DNA of 63,752 nt, filler included, from Octopus bimaculoides (Eukaryota): NCBI RefSeq assembly GCF_001194135.2. It is 5 parts of 4 records of this genome, joined end to end, with 100 filler letters (N's around TTAATTAATTAA, not from the genome) between each part and the next. Parts side by side here need not be neighbours in the genome. Positions count along the whole stretch, not along the records: positions 1 to 22,608 come from NC_068986.1; positions 22,709 to 38,680 come from NC_068988.1; 3 more parts are not named here. One strand, written 5' to 3'. A program made the translations under genes and the position numbers. Below, piece after piece: positions 12,955-25,844 of the stretch. Positions within the stretch are counted from its first letter, which is position 1, and each line of letters starts with the position of its first letter. The notes beneath the pieces were generated by a model. The model was not told the origin of the DNA. It ran no database searches and saw only the letters and a program-made list of their open reading frames with translations.

Positions 12955-13225
12955 CATTATCATCATCATTTAAAATCTGTTTTCAATGCTGGCATGGGTT
13001 GGATGGTTTGACAGGAGCTGACAAGCCAAGGAATTGTGCCAAGCTCCAATTGTCTGTTTTGGCATGGTTTCCACACCTGAATGCCTTTCCTTATGCCAAT
13101 CACTTTACAGAGCCCAGTACTTATTTTTTTGAGCCTGTTACTTATTCTATCAGTCTCTTTTGCCAAACCACTTAGTTACAGGGACATAAACACTCCAACA
13201 CTGGTTGTCAAGCAGTGGTGGTGGT

Positions 13226-13263
<38 letters not shown>

Positions 13264-13415
13264 ATGGGCTTCTTTCAGTTTCCATCTACCAAATCCACTC
13301 AAGGCTTTGGTCGGCCCAAGACTACAATAGAAGACACATGTGCCTAAAGTGCCATGCAGTGGAACTGAATGCAGACCCATGTGGTTGGGAAGCAAATTTA
13401 CCACACAACCATGCA
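12955..13415 (-). mobile_element. RTE-tail fragment (12955-13110) fused to an OK-like SINE (13125-13415)
   Basis: Same diagnostic blocks as the other copies. Confidence 0.75.
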
Positions 13416-14041
13416 TGAACCTATGATGACGACAACGACAACATCCTAGTCTGTTGGAATGCATAAGCAATAAATTGGTTTGTCAGTGAAATGTAATAAA
13501 TGGGCTTTATTCATGGGTCAAAACCAGAATATATTTATTTCTGTTTACAATTTGAAATATTTAAATTAATGATGATTAATTACAAGCAATGACATGGCAG
13601 GGCAGTTAAATACTTGCTGTCTAACCATGTGCTTTTAGAGATCAATTCCCACAGTGGCACGTTGGGCAAGTGTCTTCTACCATCACCAAAACCTTATAAG
13701 TGGATTTGATTGACAGAAACTGAATAAAGCATTACACACACACACACACATATATCATTGCTATTATGCAAAAGTGTTGTAAGTCCAAAACATTGTTTTT
13801 TTTCAGAAAACGAAAAAATAGTTTCACCATTCCATAGCAAAACTGTTGTACCACAATTCCACAATTTTTGATATCTTGGCATCGGAAGCAGCTGGAGAGA
13901 GAGGATATTTCACCAAAAGAAATGGCTATTGCAAGCAAAAATAAATATTGAAAAAAACGCATTTGGCCAAATTTGGACATACAGCAGTTTAACATAATAG
14001 CAATGATATATCTTTTATCTTTAGCTGGTTTTCCAGTAAAA

Positions 14042-14400
14042 GCTGGGGCCATGCTGGAGCACCACCTTTCAGTGTATTTGGATCTCCTTACTGTTCTGAT
14101 TTTGATGAGGAAGTGAGTCTGACAGAGCTGCTCTTCTTTGTGCCTCCTGTGGCTATGTGGGTTTATCTGAAATTTCAGACAGAAATTTTTACAGATGCTT
14201 TTTGAAGATCTCCACATCTACACCTCACAAATCTCTGAGGTTGTTTGGCAAGATGTTAAACAGTTGTGGTCCCTGAAACACAAGCTGTTGCTGTAGTGGG
14301 TCCTTATTTGACACAGAGAAGACAGGATCTTTGGTAAATTACTATTTTTTAAATCTCATAATGGGAGCTATTCAGCAGCAGTACTTTGGAGTAAAGATTA
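14042..14400 (-). mobile_element. CR1-like LINE 3' end (decayed ORF2 C-terminus plus tail)
   Basis: Reverse complement translates as ...GPQLFNILPNNLRDL*GVDVEIFKKHL*KFLSEISDKP...QRRAALSDSLPHQ, followed by ggtggtgctccagcatggcc. Confidence 0.8.
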
Positions 14401-15327
14401 TTTGCCAACATAACATGGCAGTCCTGATTTAGGACGAATGTTGCTGTAATTTAACTTCAGGAGATGAAGGAAAATAACCCGGAAATTACGATNNNNNNNN
14501 NNCGAATGTTGCTGTAATTTAACTTCAGGAGATGAAGGAAAATAACCCGGAAATTACGATACACAAATATTGTTTTGAGCTGAGTGGGGATTCTAGATTC
14601 TCTTGTTCAAAAATATAAGAACACAAATCGTGTTGTATAGCCAGCTGTAGACGATGTCTCCTGGGGCTAAATTACAGCAACATTCATCCTAAAGCCATTA
14701 CTATCATTACATTCAAGAATGAATAAATTACCTATTTAAATTAAGTGTATTATATAATAGCCATTACTGTATTGATAAATAAAATAACAGATACAACTCA
14801 CTCATTATTATCATATAATAAACAAACAGAAGTTCATGTATGAAATTGATCTTTTTTTTTCTACTTCAATTATTACATATTTTTCTCTTATAAAAATATA
14901 CACATACAGGAGGAGTAAATGGATGATGATAATGATGATGATGATGATGATGACAACGATGACGGTGATGGTGATGATGTTGTGATGGTGATGGTGGTGG
15001 TGGTGGTGATGATGATGGTGGTGGTGGTGGTGGTGGCGATGATGATGATGATGATGATGATAATAATAAACACTGGCACAATATCATGAATGTAGGAATA
15101 ATATTAAATCAACAACGTTGCACATCTGGAATTTATTTTGTTGGCCCCAGCAGGGTATGAAAGCGAAAGTCAAGCCTAAATGGGGTTTGAATTCAGGACA
15201 TAAAGAACCAAAAAGATATTTTAGTCAAACTTCAAACTGTTTGCTGTTGCTCCAACACCATTAGAATTACAACTGGAATAATCTTAGGATGAAATGGTTC
15301 CGTAAATTCAAACTGAAAATAGAGCTG

Positions 15328-15375
<48 letters not shown>

Positions 15376-15385
15376 NNNNNNNNNN

Positions 15386-15420
<35 letters not shown>

Positions 15421-15799
15421 TATGTGTGTGTGTGTGCATACATGGGTATATTTATGTGTGTATGTCTGTATGTCAAAATGTGTGCATGTGTTTGGGTGTG
15501 TGTGTGTGTATATGTATGCGTGTGTGCATGCATGGGTATATTTATGTGTGTGTGTGTGTGTCTGTATGTCAAAATGTGTGTGTGTGTGTTTGGGTGCATG
15601 TGTGTGTGTATGTGTGTTTGTGTGTTTGGGTTAGAGATCTGAATTGAAATTTAAAAAAAGAAATTTTGAAAATTAAATTTAAACCAAGGAACATTTTTTT
15701 TTATCCTTTTGAAATTTTACAAGAGTTCAAATTGCAAATTCTGATGTTTCTACCCAATCATCCACTCTCCACCTCGTCCCCACCATTACTGCTGCCACT

Positions 15800-15983
15800 A
15801 CAACCAGCATCATCATCATCATCGTCATCATCATCATCATCATCATCGTCATCATCATCATCATCATCATCGCCGCATTCACCACCATCACCACCACCGC
15901 CATCAACAATGACGACGACAACAACAACCACCAGTACCACCACCAACAACAACAACAACAACAACAACAATAACCACCACCGC

Positions 15984-16030
<47 letters not shown>

Positions 16031-16043
16031 ACANNNNNNNNNN

Positions 16044-16109
<66 letters not shown>

Positions 16110-16115
16110 CACCAT
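15800..16115. repeat. Compound microsatellite (CAT)(CAC)(AAC)(CAG)
   Basis: Seen directly. Confidence 0.95.
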
Positions 16116-16258
16116 GACCAATTCTGATTTATGAAAACAGATGTTTTGTTAATTTAAAATTTCAAACCCAACCAAATCATGGCAAAAAAATTGAATTGAA
16201 ATAATCATTCCAGATTCCAAGTTCTTGGTTTCACTGACTTTTTTTCTTTAGTTAAACA

Positions 16259-16746
16259 TAGGCATATCAGATTTATTGGTGAGAAGAAATGAGATTATAT
16301 GATGTTCATGCCTTTCTTAACACAGCCTGGATGTGTGGTAAGAAGTTTGCTCCCCAGCCATGTAGTTCTGGGTTCAGTCCCACTGTGTGGCACCTTGGGC
16401 ATTTGTCTTGTACTATAGCTTCAGGCCAACCAAAGCCTTGTGAGTGAATTTGGTAGACGGAAACTGAAAGAAACCTGTTGTGTATGTGTGTGTGTGTGTG
16501 TGTTTGTCCCTCACCCCCACCACTTGACAACTGAATTTGGTGTTTTGACATCCTTATAACTTAGTGGTTTGGCAAAAGAAACTGATAAAATAAATATCAG
16601 TCGTTGATTCATTCAACTAAAAATTCTTCAAGGCAGTGCCCCAGCATGGCCACAATCTAATGAGCAAAACAAGCAAAAATCAAAAGGTAGGCATATCAGA
16701 TTTATTGGTGAGAAGAAATGAGATTATATGATGTTCATGCCTTTCT
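16259..16746 (+). mobile_element. Full-length OK-like SINE (16322-16687) flanked by a perfect 59-bp direct repeat
   Basis: 16259-16317 is identical to 16688-16746. Confidence 0.85.
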
Positions 16747-17854
16747 CAACAGAATGGTGTAAATTAAAGACGAACTCATAATTCCCTACCCTTTATCCAC
16801 CCTTCCTTCCACCCCACCCAATCTTCTCAGTTGTCCTCCAACTTCCCTCATCCATTCCCCATCTCTCATTTCTTCTTACAACCTCCACCCACTCACCCAC
16901 CAACAATCTCAGTTCTTCTGTCTCCTCTCACTTCTACCTTGAGGGTCCACTCAGACACCTCGTCACTCCTGTTTTTATCTCTTCCCAGTTTTACATCCCT
17001 CACCCCACCTCTTCTCTTCTAAAATGTGAGCAACCATAAAGTTCCACTCCATGAAGAAATCTCTTCCACTCTGGTCCCCTCTCTCGTATTTTAATCCCTC
17101 ATCCCTAGCAAAAAGCCATCATCTCCCTTGGGGTTCAAAGTTCTGGAAGCAGCATGATGCCATGGAAAAAAGGGAGCACCCAGTCCACATTGTAAAGTGG
17201 TTGGTATTAGGAAGGGCATCCAGCCATACAATTGATGCCAAAGCAGACATCGGCACACAATGCCGACCTTGAACCTGTCAGTTCCTGTTAAACTGTCCAA
17301 CCCATAACAGCATGGATCTTGGACATCAGATGATGATGATGATGATGATGATGAGGAGGAGGAGGAGGAGGAGGGGGTCATTTTCAAGACTCAAAATCCG
17401 GTCTAGATTTTGCTAACGTGGCATTTGTCATGGCATTTGTCGCGTTTATTTACTGCAATACAAAACAATGATAACTTGATAAATTGATTATATCATACAA
17501 TGGAGTAAGCTAACGAAAAAGAGAGCTTAATTAGCTTAACAACAGAAATAGGATTAAACTTGTTAGGATTAAAATTTAAGTGTTTAATAAACAAGTTGAA
17601 ATGATTTAGAAATGCCACCACCACCATCATCATCATTGACTTCATTATCCTCTGCATTGCTTTACTGACCACATTTCAATGCAGCCATGGGTTGAACAGG
17701 AATTTAACACTGTATCTTGTTATCTCTCCTCTCATCATGAAAGGAAGTGTTGATGCCCAGCATCCACCTTACTGCTTTATCACTTTTTATTTGTGTTTTC
17801 TTTAAGGTCTGTCCATATCACTTTTTCTCATGTGTTCTTTGGTGTTCCCAAAAC

Positions 17855-18644
17855 AGTGACCGGCAGAATCGTCAGAGCATCAGGTAAAAATGGTTAATAG
17901 CATTTCTTTTAAATCTTTACAATCTGAGTTCAAATCCTGCTGAAGTCAAATTTATTTTTTGTCCTTATGGGGGTCAATAAAATAAGATACCAGTCATTAC
18001 TGGAGTCAATGAAATTCAACTAATACCCTCCCACTAAAATCATTGGCCCTGTGCCAAAATTTGAAATCATTCTTTCACTCTTTTTACTTGCTTCAGTTAT
18101 TTAACTGCGGCCATGCTGGAGCACTGCCTTTAGTTGAACAAATCGACACCAGGTCTTATTCTTTGTAAGCCTGGTACTTAGTCTATCATTGTCTTTTGCC
18201 AAACTGCTAAGTTACGGGGATGAAAACACACCAACATCAGTTGTCAAGCAATGGTGGGGGGACAAACACAAACACACACATGATGGGCTTCTTTCAGTTT
18301 CCGTCTACCAAATCCACTCACAAGGCTTTGGTCAGCCCAAGGCTATAGTAGAAGACATTTGCCCAAGGTGCCACGTAGTGGGACTGAACCCAGAACCATG
18401 TGGTTAGGAAGCAAGCTTCTTTGTTATTATCATTATATCATTATTATTATAAAGGTGGCAAGCTGGCCAAATGCTTAGTGGTATTTTGCCTGTCACTACG
18501 TTCTGAGTTCAAATTCCACTGAAATTAGTTTTGCCTTTCATCCTTTCAGGCTCAATAAATTAAGTACCAGTTGAGTACTGGAGTCAATGTAATCGACTAG
18601 TCCCCTTCCCCCAAATTTCAGGCTTTGTGCCTTTAGTAGAAAGG

Positions 18645-18691
<47 letters not shown>

Positions 18692-18945
18692 CATTATTAT
18701 TATCATTATCATCATCATCATCATCATCATCATAAAGGTGACAAGCTGACAGATTTGTTAGCTCACTGGACAAAATGGTTAGCGGCATTTCGTCCCTCTC
18801 TACATTCTGATTTCAAATTCTGTCCGGGTCGACCTTATCTTTCATCCTCTTGATGTTAATAAAATAACTACCGGTCAATTACAAAGGTCAGTGGCATCCT
18901 AAAATTTTTAGCCTTGTACTAAAATTTGAAACAGTTATTATTATT
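17855..18945. mobile_element. SINE cluster: OR-like (+) 17855-18068, OK-like (-) 18075-18420, OR-like (+) 18452-18650 and 18735-18945
   Basis: Family blocks are repeated, separated by (ATT)n and (CAT)n tails. Confidence 0.8.
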
Positions 18946-19060
18946 ATACCATAAGAAGAGCCATGATTTGTAATAAATAGAGATTGATTCTATTCATTGA
19001 ATTGAACACTGTTTCTATAGCAAGTCTGTCTTTCTTGGGTTCAAAATGAAGAATATACAG

Positions 19061-19146
19061 AAATATGGAAATTCAAAATTTGTGCTGGAATATCCTGCAT
19101 TCCTTTTTGGACAAAAATATTGTGAATTCTTGCTTTCTCATAATTG
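19061..19146 (+). CDS. Candidate exon (R-NMEIQNLCWNILHSFLDKNIVNSCFLII)
   Basis: Strong donor TTG|gtaaga. The acceptor at 19060 is weak; the stronger one at 19020 gives a different open frame. Phase 2 to 1. Confidence 0.4.
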
Positions 19147-19278
19147 GTAAGAAAAAAGAAAAGAAAAAAGAAAAGAAAAAAGGAGAAAGAAAATAAGAAA
19201 ACAGGAAAAAGAACATTTTGTCAAAAAATTTTGTGTAAATGTGATGGAATTCACCTGTCATTTTGTTCGGTCCTCCAG

Positions 19279-19406
19279 GGTGTGACATGAGTAATTCCCA
19301 AATATATTTACCCTCATGTGCTTTGAGGACGGAAAGTGCAGTGGAGCCAGAATATTCTCTGAGAATGTTTACTTTCAAATGTTCTTTCAAATTTACAGTT
19401 GTTTGA
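19279..19406 (+). CDS. Candidate last coding exon (G-CDMSNSQIYLPSCALRTESAVEPEYSLRMFTFKCSFKFTVV*)
   Basis: Acceptor ttttgttcggtcctccag after a 132-bp intron, open to TGA. Confidence 0.4.
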
Positions 19407-19479
19407 TGTAAAATGTTTGACAAGTTCTTTTCTACTCTAGGCACAGGCCCGAAATTTTGGGGGTGGGGGCCAGTCACTT

Positions 19480-19777
19480 AGATCAGTCCCAGTACGCAGC
19501 TGGTACTTAATTTATCAACCCCAAAAGGGTGAAAGGCAAAGTCAACCTCGGTGGAATTTGAACTCAGAACGCAAGGACAGATGAAATACTGCTAAGCATT
19601 TTGCCCGGGGTGCTAACGTTTATTATTTCTTTATTGCCCACAAGGGGCTAAACATAGAGGGGACAAACAAGGACAGACAAAGGGATTAAGTCGATTACTT
19701 TGACCCTAGTGCACAACTGGTACTTAATTTATCAACCCCAAAAGGATGAAAGGCAAAGTTTCTGCCAGCTTGTCATC
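19480..19777 (-). mobile_element. OR-like SINE with a second 5'-truncated copy inserted in its head
   Basis: The head gctggcagaa|acgttagc is split by the 19621-19757 insert, which ends in aataaagaaataat. Confidence 0.8.
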
Positions 19778-19900
19778 TTAATGTGATGTCAATATTGATG
19801 TATTGATGGCTACCTCTGAAGATGAAAAGAAATGCAATGCATAACATATGGAAAAGTAGTAATGGCTTTATGAAACATGGATGTGTTTGAGGAGTAAATA

Positions 19901-19971
19901 TAAAACTGATGCATATGGTGCATGTGTGCATGAAACTGATGCATGGGGTGCAGGTGTGCATAAAACTGATG
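19901..19971. repeat. 30-bp minisatellite, 2.4 copies
   Basis: Unit taaaactgatgcatatggtgcatgtgtgca. Confidence 0.85.
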
Positions 19972-20029
19972 GCTTCTCGACCCATATAAGTAAATGCCTT
20001 CCAACTGACAGACTACACTTCATTTAGAC

Positions 20030-20286
20030 CTGTGGTTCTCAACTGGGGTCCCTATAAGATTTTGTTAAAATTCATCTGCGATAAATTGGTTATATTCCTA
20101 CAATGCACAAAATATTTACTTTGTATATTGTAGGAATACAACCATTCTTTAATACGATTCTTAATATTTATTTAATTATAAAAATATATCAGGACTTTTT
20201 AAAAAATCAAATGGCTATAAGGGTCCATGAAAACAAAATAAAACTCAAAGGGATCCATAGGTAAAAAAAATGGCTGAAAACTCCTG
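20030..20286. mobile_element. hAT (Charlie-like) MITE
   Basis: Left end ctgtggttctcaac, degenerate right end gctgaaaactcctg, 8-bp TSD atttagac/gtttagac. Confidence 0.65.
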
Positions 20287-20301
20287 GTTTAGACACATTA
20301 A

Positions 20302-20508
20302 CCCTTTTGATACCAACCTGGCTGAAACTATCTCTGGCTCTGTAGTACAAATGTCTTGTTTTCATAAGTTTTGAATTAAAATCTTCCACCAAACCTTAGT
20401 CACAATTTATGTTCCTAACACTAGCTTCATAATAACTAAGTTATTTTACTAAATTCTTTGTTATATTTAAAGTAATTGAGAGAAACGCAGAGCATCTCAA
20501 CAAAAGGG
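20302..20508. mobile_element. piggyBac-type MITE
   Basis: TTAA-CCCTTTT ... AAAAGGG-TTAA. Confidence 0.7.
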
Positions 20509-20783
20509 TTAAGCTACATATCCCTTGTATCTTCTCTCTCTCTCTTTCTGTCCTTTATACATAACACTACTACGACACCCTGATTTCACTTCCTTCAGAC
20601 TTACCCAGGTTATTCAGAGAGATGAATTTCTACCTTGAGGTTTCTTCAGTTTCCTTAAAGCTTTGTTCATTTATTCTCAATCTCAAATGTTGTAGGGAAT
20701 AAAAAGTGGTGTCAAGCACGAAATACTTTGATGTGTTACTCCAAAATCTGATCCGTTAATATACATACATACTTTACATGCAT

Positions 20784-21163
20784 GGGGGAGACTGGGTCGT
20801 TAAGAAGCTTGCTTTGCTACTGCATAGTTCTGGGTTCAGTCCCACTGTGTGGCACCTTGGGCAAGTGCCTTCTATTATAGCCCCAGGCTGAGCCGACAAA
20901 AATCAAAGACCTATGAGTAGATTTGGTCGACAGAAACTCTGTGGACGCATGTTGTGTGTGTGTGTGTGTGTTTGTCTCCCCCCCCCCATTTTACGATGAG
21001 TATTGCTTTGTCTGTGTGTCTGATAACTTAGTGATTCGGCAACAGAGATCAGCAGAATAAGCACGAGGCTTAAAATGGGGTCAGTTTGTTCGACTAAACC
21101 CTTCAGAATGGTGGTGTCCCAGCATGGCCACAGTACTATGACTGAAATGAGTAAAAGTTGAGC
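20784..21163 (+). mobile_element. OK-like SINE
   Basis: Head, central (TG)n and tail ccagcatggccacag are all present. Confidence 0.8.
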
Positions 21164-21639
21164 TAAAAAGATACATACACAAATCCATGTCGATGCCCAT
21201 TCACTGGATTAAAGATTAAAGTTGTTAAGTAATTCAATTCTTAAAGGATTGATACACTTAAATAACAATAAAAAAGCCACCACCACCACCACTACTACAA
21301 CTACTACCACCACTACTATGACTACTACCACCACCACCACCACACCCACTGTCGCCATCACCAATAAAAACCACCCTAAACAAGTTTAAGAGGTCAATAG
21401 CCTTTCAGGAGTAAACTAAATAACTGGAGCTATACACACACTCTTTTTCACAAGTGTGCATACACAAATGAAAGATAAAAGTGTAGTCTTTCCTTTTGTT
21501 GAAAGAAATTATAGAAACATTTAACAATAATTGAGTAAAAATATGCATGGATGGCATTCACCCAGCACCAACGTAAATAAAAACAAAATGATCAACATGT
21601 GCAGGTGTGGGGTGGGTAGGAGATTGTGTGTGTGTGTGG

Positions 21640-21800
21640 GGGGGGTTGAGTAGTTTGCTTTCCAACATATGGTTCCAGGTTCAGTCCTACTGTGTGTCAC
21701 CTTGGGCAAGTGTCTTCTACTATAGCAGCCTTCAGGCTGACCAAAGCCTTGTGAGAGGATTTGGTAGACGGAAACTGAAAGAAGCCTGTCGTATACATTA
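21640..21800 (+). mobile_element. OK-like SINE 5' half
   Basis: caccttgggcaagtg...ggaaactgaaagaagcc, then (TA)n. Confidence 0.8.
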
Positions 21801-21819
21801 TATATATATATATATAATG

Positions 21820-22144
21820 TAAATAAATAAATGGAGTTAAACGCAGGTGTCATTCAAATTCTTTTACTTCCGACATATGTTTCGAAGACAACATATTGGT
21901 ATTATTCCAAAGTAATAAATGGTGTAAAATAATGTAATCTTCTCATCAGGGAAAGAAAGAGAATCAACAATAAGGCATTTTAACAAATGTGATGACTGTC
22001 ATCACATTTGTTAAAATGCCTTATTGTTGATTCTCTTTCTTTCCCNNNNNNNNNNGGAATAATACCAATATGTTGTCTTCGAAACATATGTCGGAAGTAA
22101 AAGAATTCGAATGACACCTGCGTTTAACTCCATTTATTTATTTA
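21820..22144. mobile_element. Fold-back palindrome (about 177-bp arms, centre 21997), Penelope-like
   Basis: The arms are reverse complements with one visible mismatch. About 40 bp of the right arm is replaced by a 10-N gap. Confidence 0.8.
21868..21953 (-). ncRNA. Type I hammerhead ribozyme with an intact core
   Basis: Reads ttcc CTGATGA gaaga...tcttc GAAAC atat GTC ggaa. Helix I is 4-5 bp, helix II is extended and helix III is palindromic (CATATG). Confidence 0.85.
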
Positions 22145-22314
22145 TACTATTCAAAAAAAATGCACATTAACCCGGAGTTTCTGCCTTTGAATAGGTTGCT
22201 ACATACTTGTTACTTGCGTGAATTTTGCTACGCTGGTAACTGTTTGAGTTTTCTGTGTTAACTGTAAACAAAGGAAAATTCACTCATCCATTTATGTATG
22301 TATATATATATATC

Positions 22315-22608
22315 ATCATCATCATCATCATCGTTTAACGTCCGCTTTCCATGCTAGCATGGGTTGGACGATTTGACTGAGGACTGGTGAAACCGGATGG
22401 CAAAACCAGGCTCCAGTCTAATTTGGCAGAGTTTCTACAGCTGGATGCCCTTCCTAACGCCAACCACTCAGAGAGTGTAGTGGGTGCTTTTATGTGTCAC
22501 CCGCACGAAAACGGCCACGCTCGAAATGGTGTCTTTTATGTGCCACCTGCACAAGCCAGTCCAGGGGCACTGGCAACGATCTCGCTCGAAAATCCTACGG
22601 GAGCCAGT
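22315..22608 (-). mobile_element. Young RTE-tailed SINE or RTE 3' end
   Basis: (CAT)n-cgtttaacgtccgctttccatgctagcatgggttggacg, with CpGs retained. Confidence 0.85.
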
Positions 22609-24282
22609 NNNNNNNNNNNNNNNNNNNNNNNNNNNNNNNNNNNNNNNNNNNNTTAATTAATTAANNNNNNNNNNNNNNNNNNNNNNNNNNNNNNNNNNNN
22701 NNNNNNNNATATATATATATATATATATATATACCTTCTCCAATTACCTAAACTTCGCCCTCAATAGTGTACTTACAGTTATCTCAATTAGAATATCTAA
22801 CCTTGAAAAATTTTATATTTTATTTTATTTGATGTCTGACTCTAAAGGGATTCTTCTTATTCCATTATTTCAGGGATTGTAGTGGTAATGTTATAATTAT
22901 TCTATAGTTTGACTTAAATAACTCTAATCATTGTTCCATTAATATTCTGCAATTAGCCTATGTTAGATTTAAAACAAGTTCTTGACTATATATGATAGTA
23001 TAATTAAACTAGTACATAATTACCATGTTCTCTATTAGATGTCTTGAACTATTATTGAATTCTTTGTTAATTTTTACCATTCTTTTTATTAGTTCCTTAA
23101 ACATTCATAAACCCATTATTATAAACTATGTAAATCCTATATTAATTCTTTACATTATAAAAATAAATTTTTTCTCTTATGTGTCTTTCAAATAATATTA
23201 GATATATTAGCTTAAATTTGAAATTTTAAAATAATTTTAAAGTAATTTAAAATAGTTTCTTTAGTCCAATATATATAAAATTTTTAAAATTCACACATTA
23301 TCTATAGCTTTTAAATTCAAAATTGACACTACGTCAGGGATTTTGTATGAACTAATTACATTTTTATTGTTAACATAATAATTAAGCAAATATTGATATC
23401 GATACATTTTTCATACATAGTATATGTAAAACAATACTGATACATTATTCAGACTAAAGAAAAAGCCCTGTTGACCTAGATGATTAATGTTAACTTTCCC
23501 CTACATTATGCTAGTAGTAAAAAATCCCAACCTAAAATTGCGTTGCCACTATAACCAGAGGAATCTTTATAACCATATCCATGTATAATGTTTACCTCAT
23601 CCCTTTCCTTATAAGTGAAAGGTTGATTGCCCCCTTAATCATTAAATTACTAGATAAGAAACAACTAAAATCAGGGACAGTTAGAGTTCTACCTAGAATT
23701 AATTACTAGCCTGCTAGCCTTGGCTAAGTCAAGATGGTTTTTTTTATGTATTCTTCTTACCCACTTAGATTTTAAATGTTGTCACAACAATAATATGTCC
23801 ATTCTGGTGAAATAGAATTCTCAGTAAATTTTCTATATCCTTGCGCAGGTGAAGATTGCTCTGCATTTTGCATTTAAAGTAATCTTCGCATTACTTAAAT
23901 AAATGGAGTAGCATGAAACATTGCGTACTGCAATAACCTTTAAAAGCCGTGTTGCATTGTTTTTATTTTATATATATATATATATATNNNNNNNNNNNNN
24001 NNNNNNNNNNNNNNNNNNNNNNNNNNNNNNNNNNNNNNNNNNNNNNNNNNNNNNNNNNNNNNNNNNNNNNNNNNNNNNNNNNNNNNNNNNNNNNNNNNNN
24101 NNNNNNNNNNNNNNNNNNNNNNNNNNNNNNNNNNNNNNNNNNNNNNNNNNNNNNNNNNNNNNNNNNNNNNNNNNNNNNNNNNNNNNNNNNNNNNNNNNNN
24201 NNNNNNNNNNNNNNNNNNNNNNNNNNNNNNNNNNNNNNNNNNNNNNNNNNNNNNNNNNNNNNNNNNNNNNNNNNNNNNNNNN

Positions 24283-24334
<52 letters not shown>

Positions 24335-24369
24335 CATTATTATTATTATTATTATCATTATTATCATTA

Positions 24370-24426
<57 letters not shown>

Positions 24427-24504
24427 GTATGTATGTATGTATATACATATATACACACATACACACTCATACGCATACATATACATATATCTATATAGAT
24501 ACGC

Positions 24505-24539
<35 letters not shown>

Positions 24540-25844
24540 AATGCGCATATATAAATCTACACATAAATGCACATATAGACGAATACGCGCAGATAAGTAC
24601 GTACATAAGGCATATTAGCATATACATATATACGCCTTATAACATTCCTTTCGATAGTATTTGTTTATATTATGCGTGATTTAAAGCTTCTTTTAAATAC
24701 ATTCATATGATAATCATAGGTATTTAATGACCATATAATCGGCATATGAATATATGCTATTTGTTTGCATTCTAGATAGATACAGATCTTGTGCATTACG
24801 TTATAACAAATGTAGTTTATTTCATGTATATTATTTAATTAATAAGTATTGTTAATTGTAGTTTAAAATTAATGTTAACATACGATAATAGGCTGAAAAT
24901 ATTATGTATTGTAAGATAAAAGTTATAAATATTCAGTTAGGTATAAATATAGAAAGCCTGTTGTATTAGTTATAGATAGTAATTTGTTACGTTATGTCTC
25001 CTCAATTAATGTTAACAGAAATAGTTACAATATGCTTATAATTCTTCTCTAGTTAATTCTCTAGATATATGGGATATATCTGTGGATATATCGGTAAATT
25101 TAAACACTGACTTGTATGAACCACATTGCAAACTTAATTAGAACTTGAGATACGTGAATCAATATTCTACTACTCCACGCCTATTTATATTTGGAGTAGT
25201 AAGTAGAGAATATCATCGGTTTTCACAACTATCGAAAATTAGAACGATGTTTAACTGACATAACAAACATGACAAGACAGCGCTATCATGTACTGGATAA
25301 ATCGAAAAAATATTAAACATATGTCTAATAATAAACAAGAGGAAAATGTGACAATGGCAATACAAAACCTTATAATAGTTGAATGGATAGGAAAGGTTGG
25401 ATACCAGGCGGAAAGAATGTTAGGTCTAATGATTAGGAATACACTAACTCTTCTTCGAGAAATTGTAATAGTAGTACTATGTGCAAAATACGAGGAAGAA
25501 ATAAGGAATCGGAAAACCTCAATTGGGACTCTAACACAAATCCCTCAGAAAAAGAATGTATAAGTCGTAATAGCTATAATAATCGCTGATATAATAGAAG
25601 CATATTATAGTAAAACGCTGTAATGGAGCATGAAACATTCAAGAAAATTGCGATAGCTATTTTCAGTCTATTAAGTATTTCTAAAAATCGAGTATAAACC
25701 ACAACGTCTTCAAAAGACGCACAGTGAAGCTGTCGGATAGAACATCACATAAATTGGAATATTATAGTCATAAATTGAGGAAGTAATTGATAATGCCAAC
25801 AATAAGTTTGGTTGTAATATAGGTCACACAGATAAGGTGGCGAA

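Noticed and set aside
13807-13995. Strong acceptor followed by protein-like frames
   Set aside because: All three frames from the acceptor hit a stop without a usable donor.
14434-14560. Direct repeat of about 58 bp across a 10-N gap
   Set aside because: Identical overlapping contig ends; an assembly artefact.
20605-20655. CTGAAGA-acc/ggt-GAAA on the - strand
   Set aside because: Helix III and helix I are mismatched, so it is indistinguishable from chance.
22652-22663. TTAATTAATTAA inside N-gaps (also near 38725, 51389 and 62296)
   Set aside because: An identical all-frame stop spacer embedded in Ns, so an assembly join marker rather than biology.
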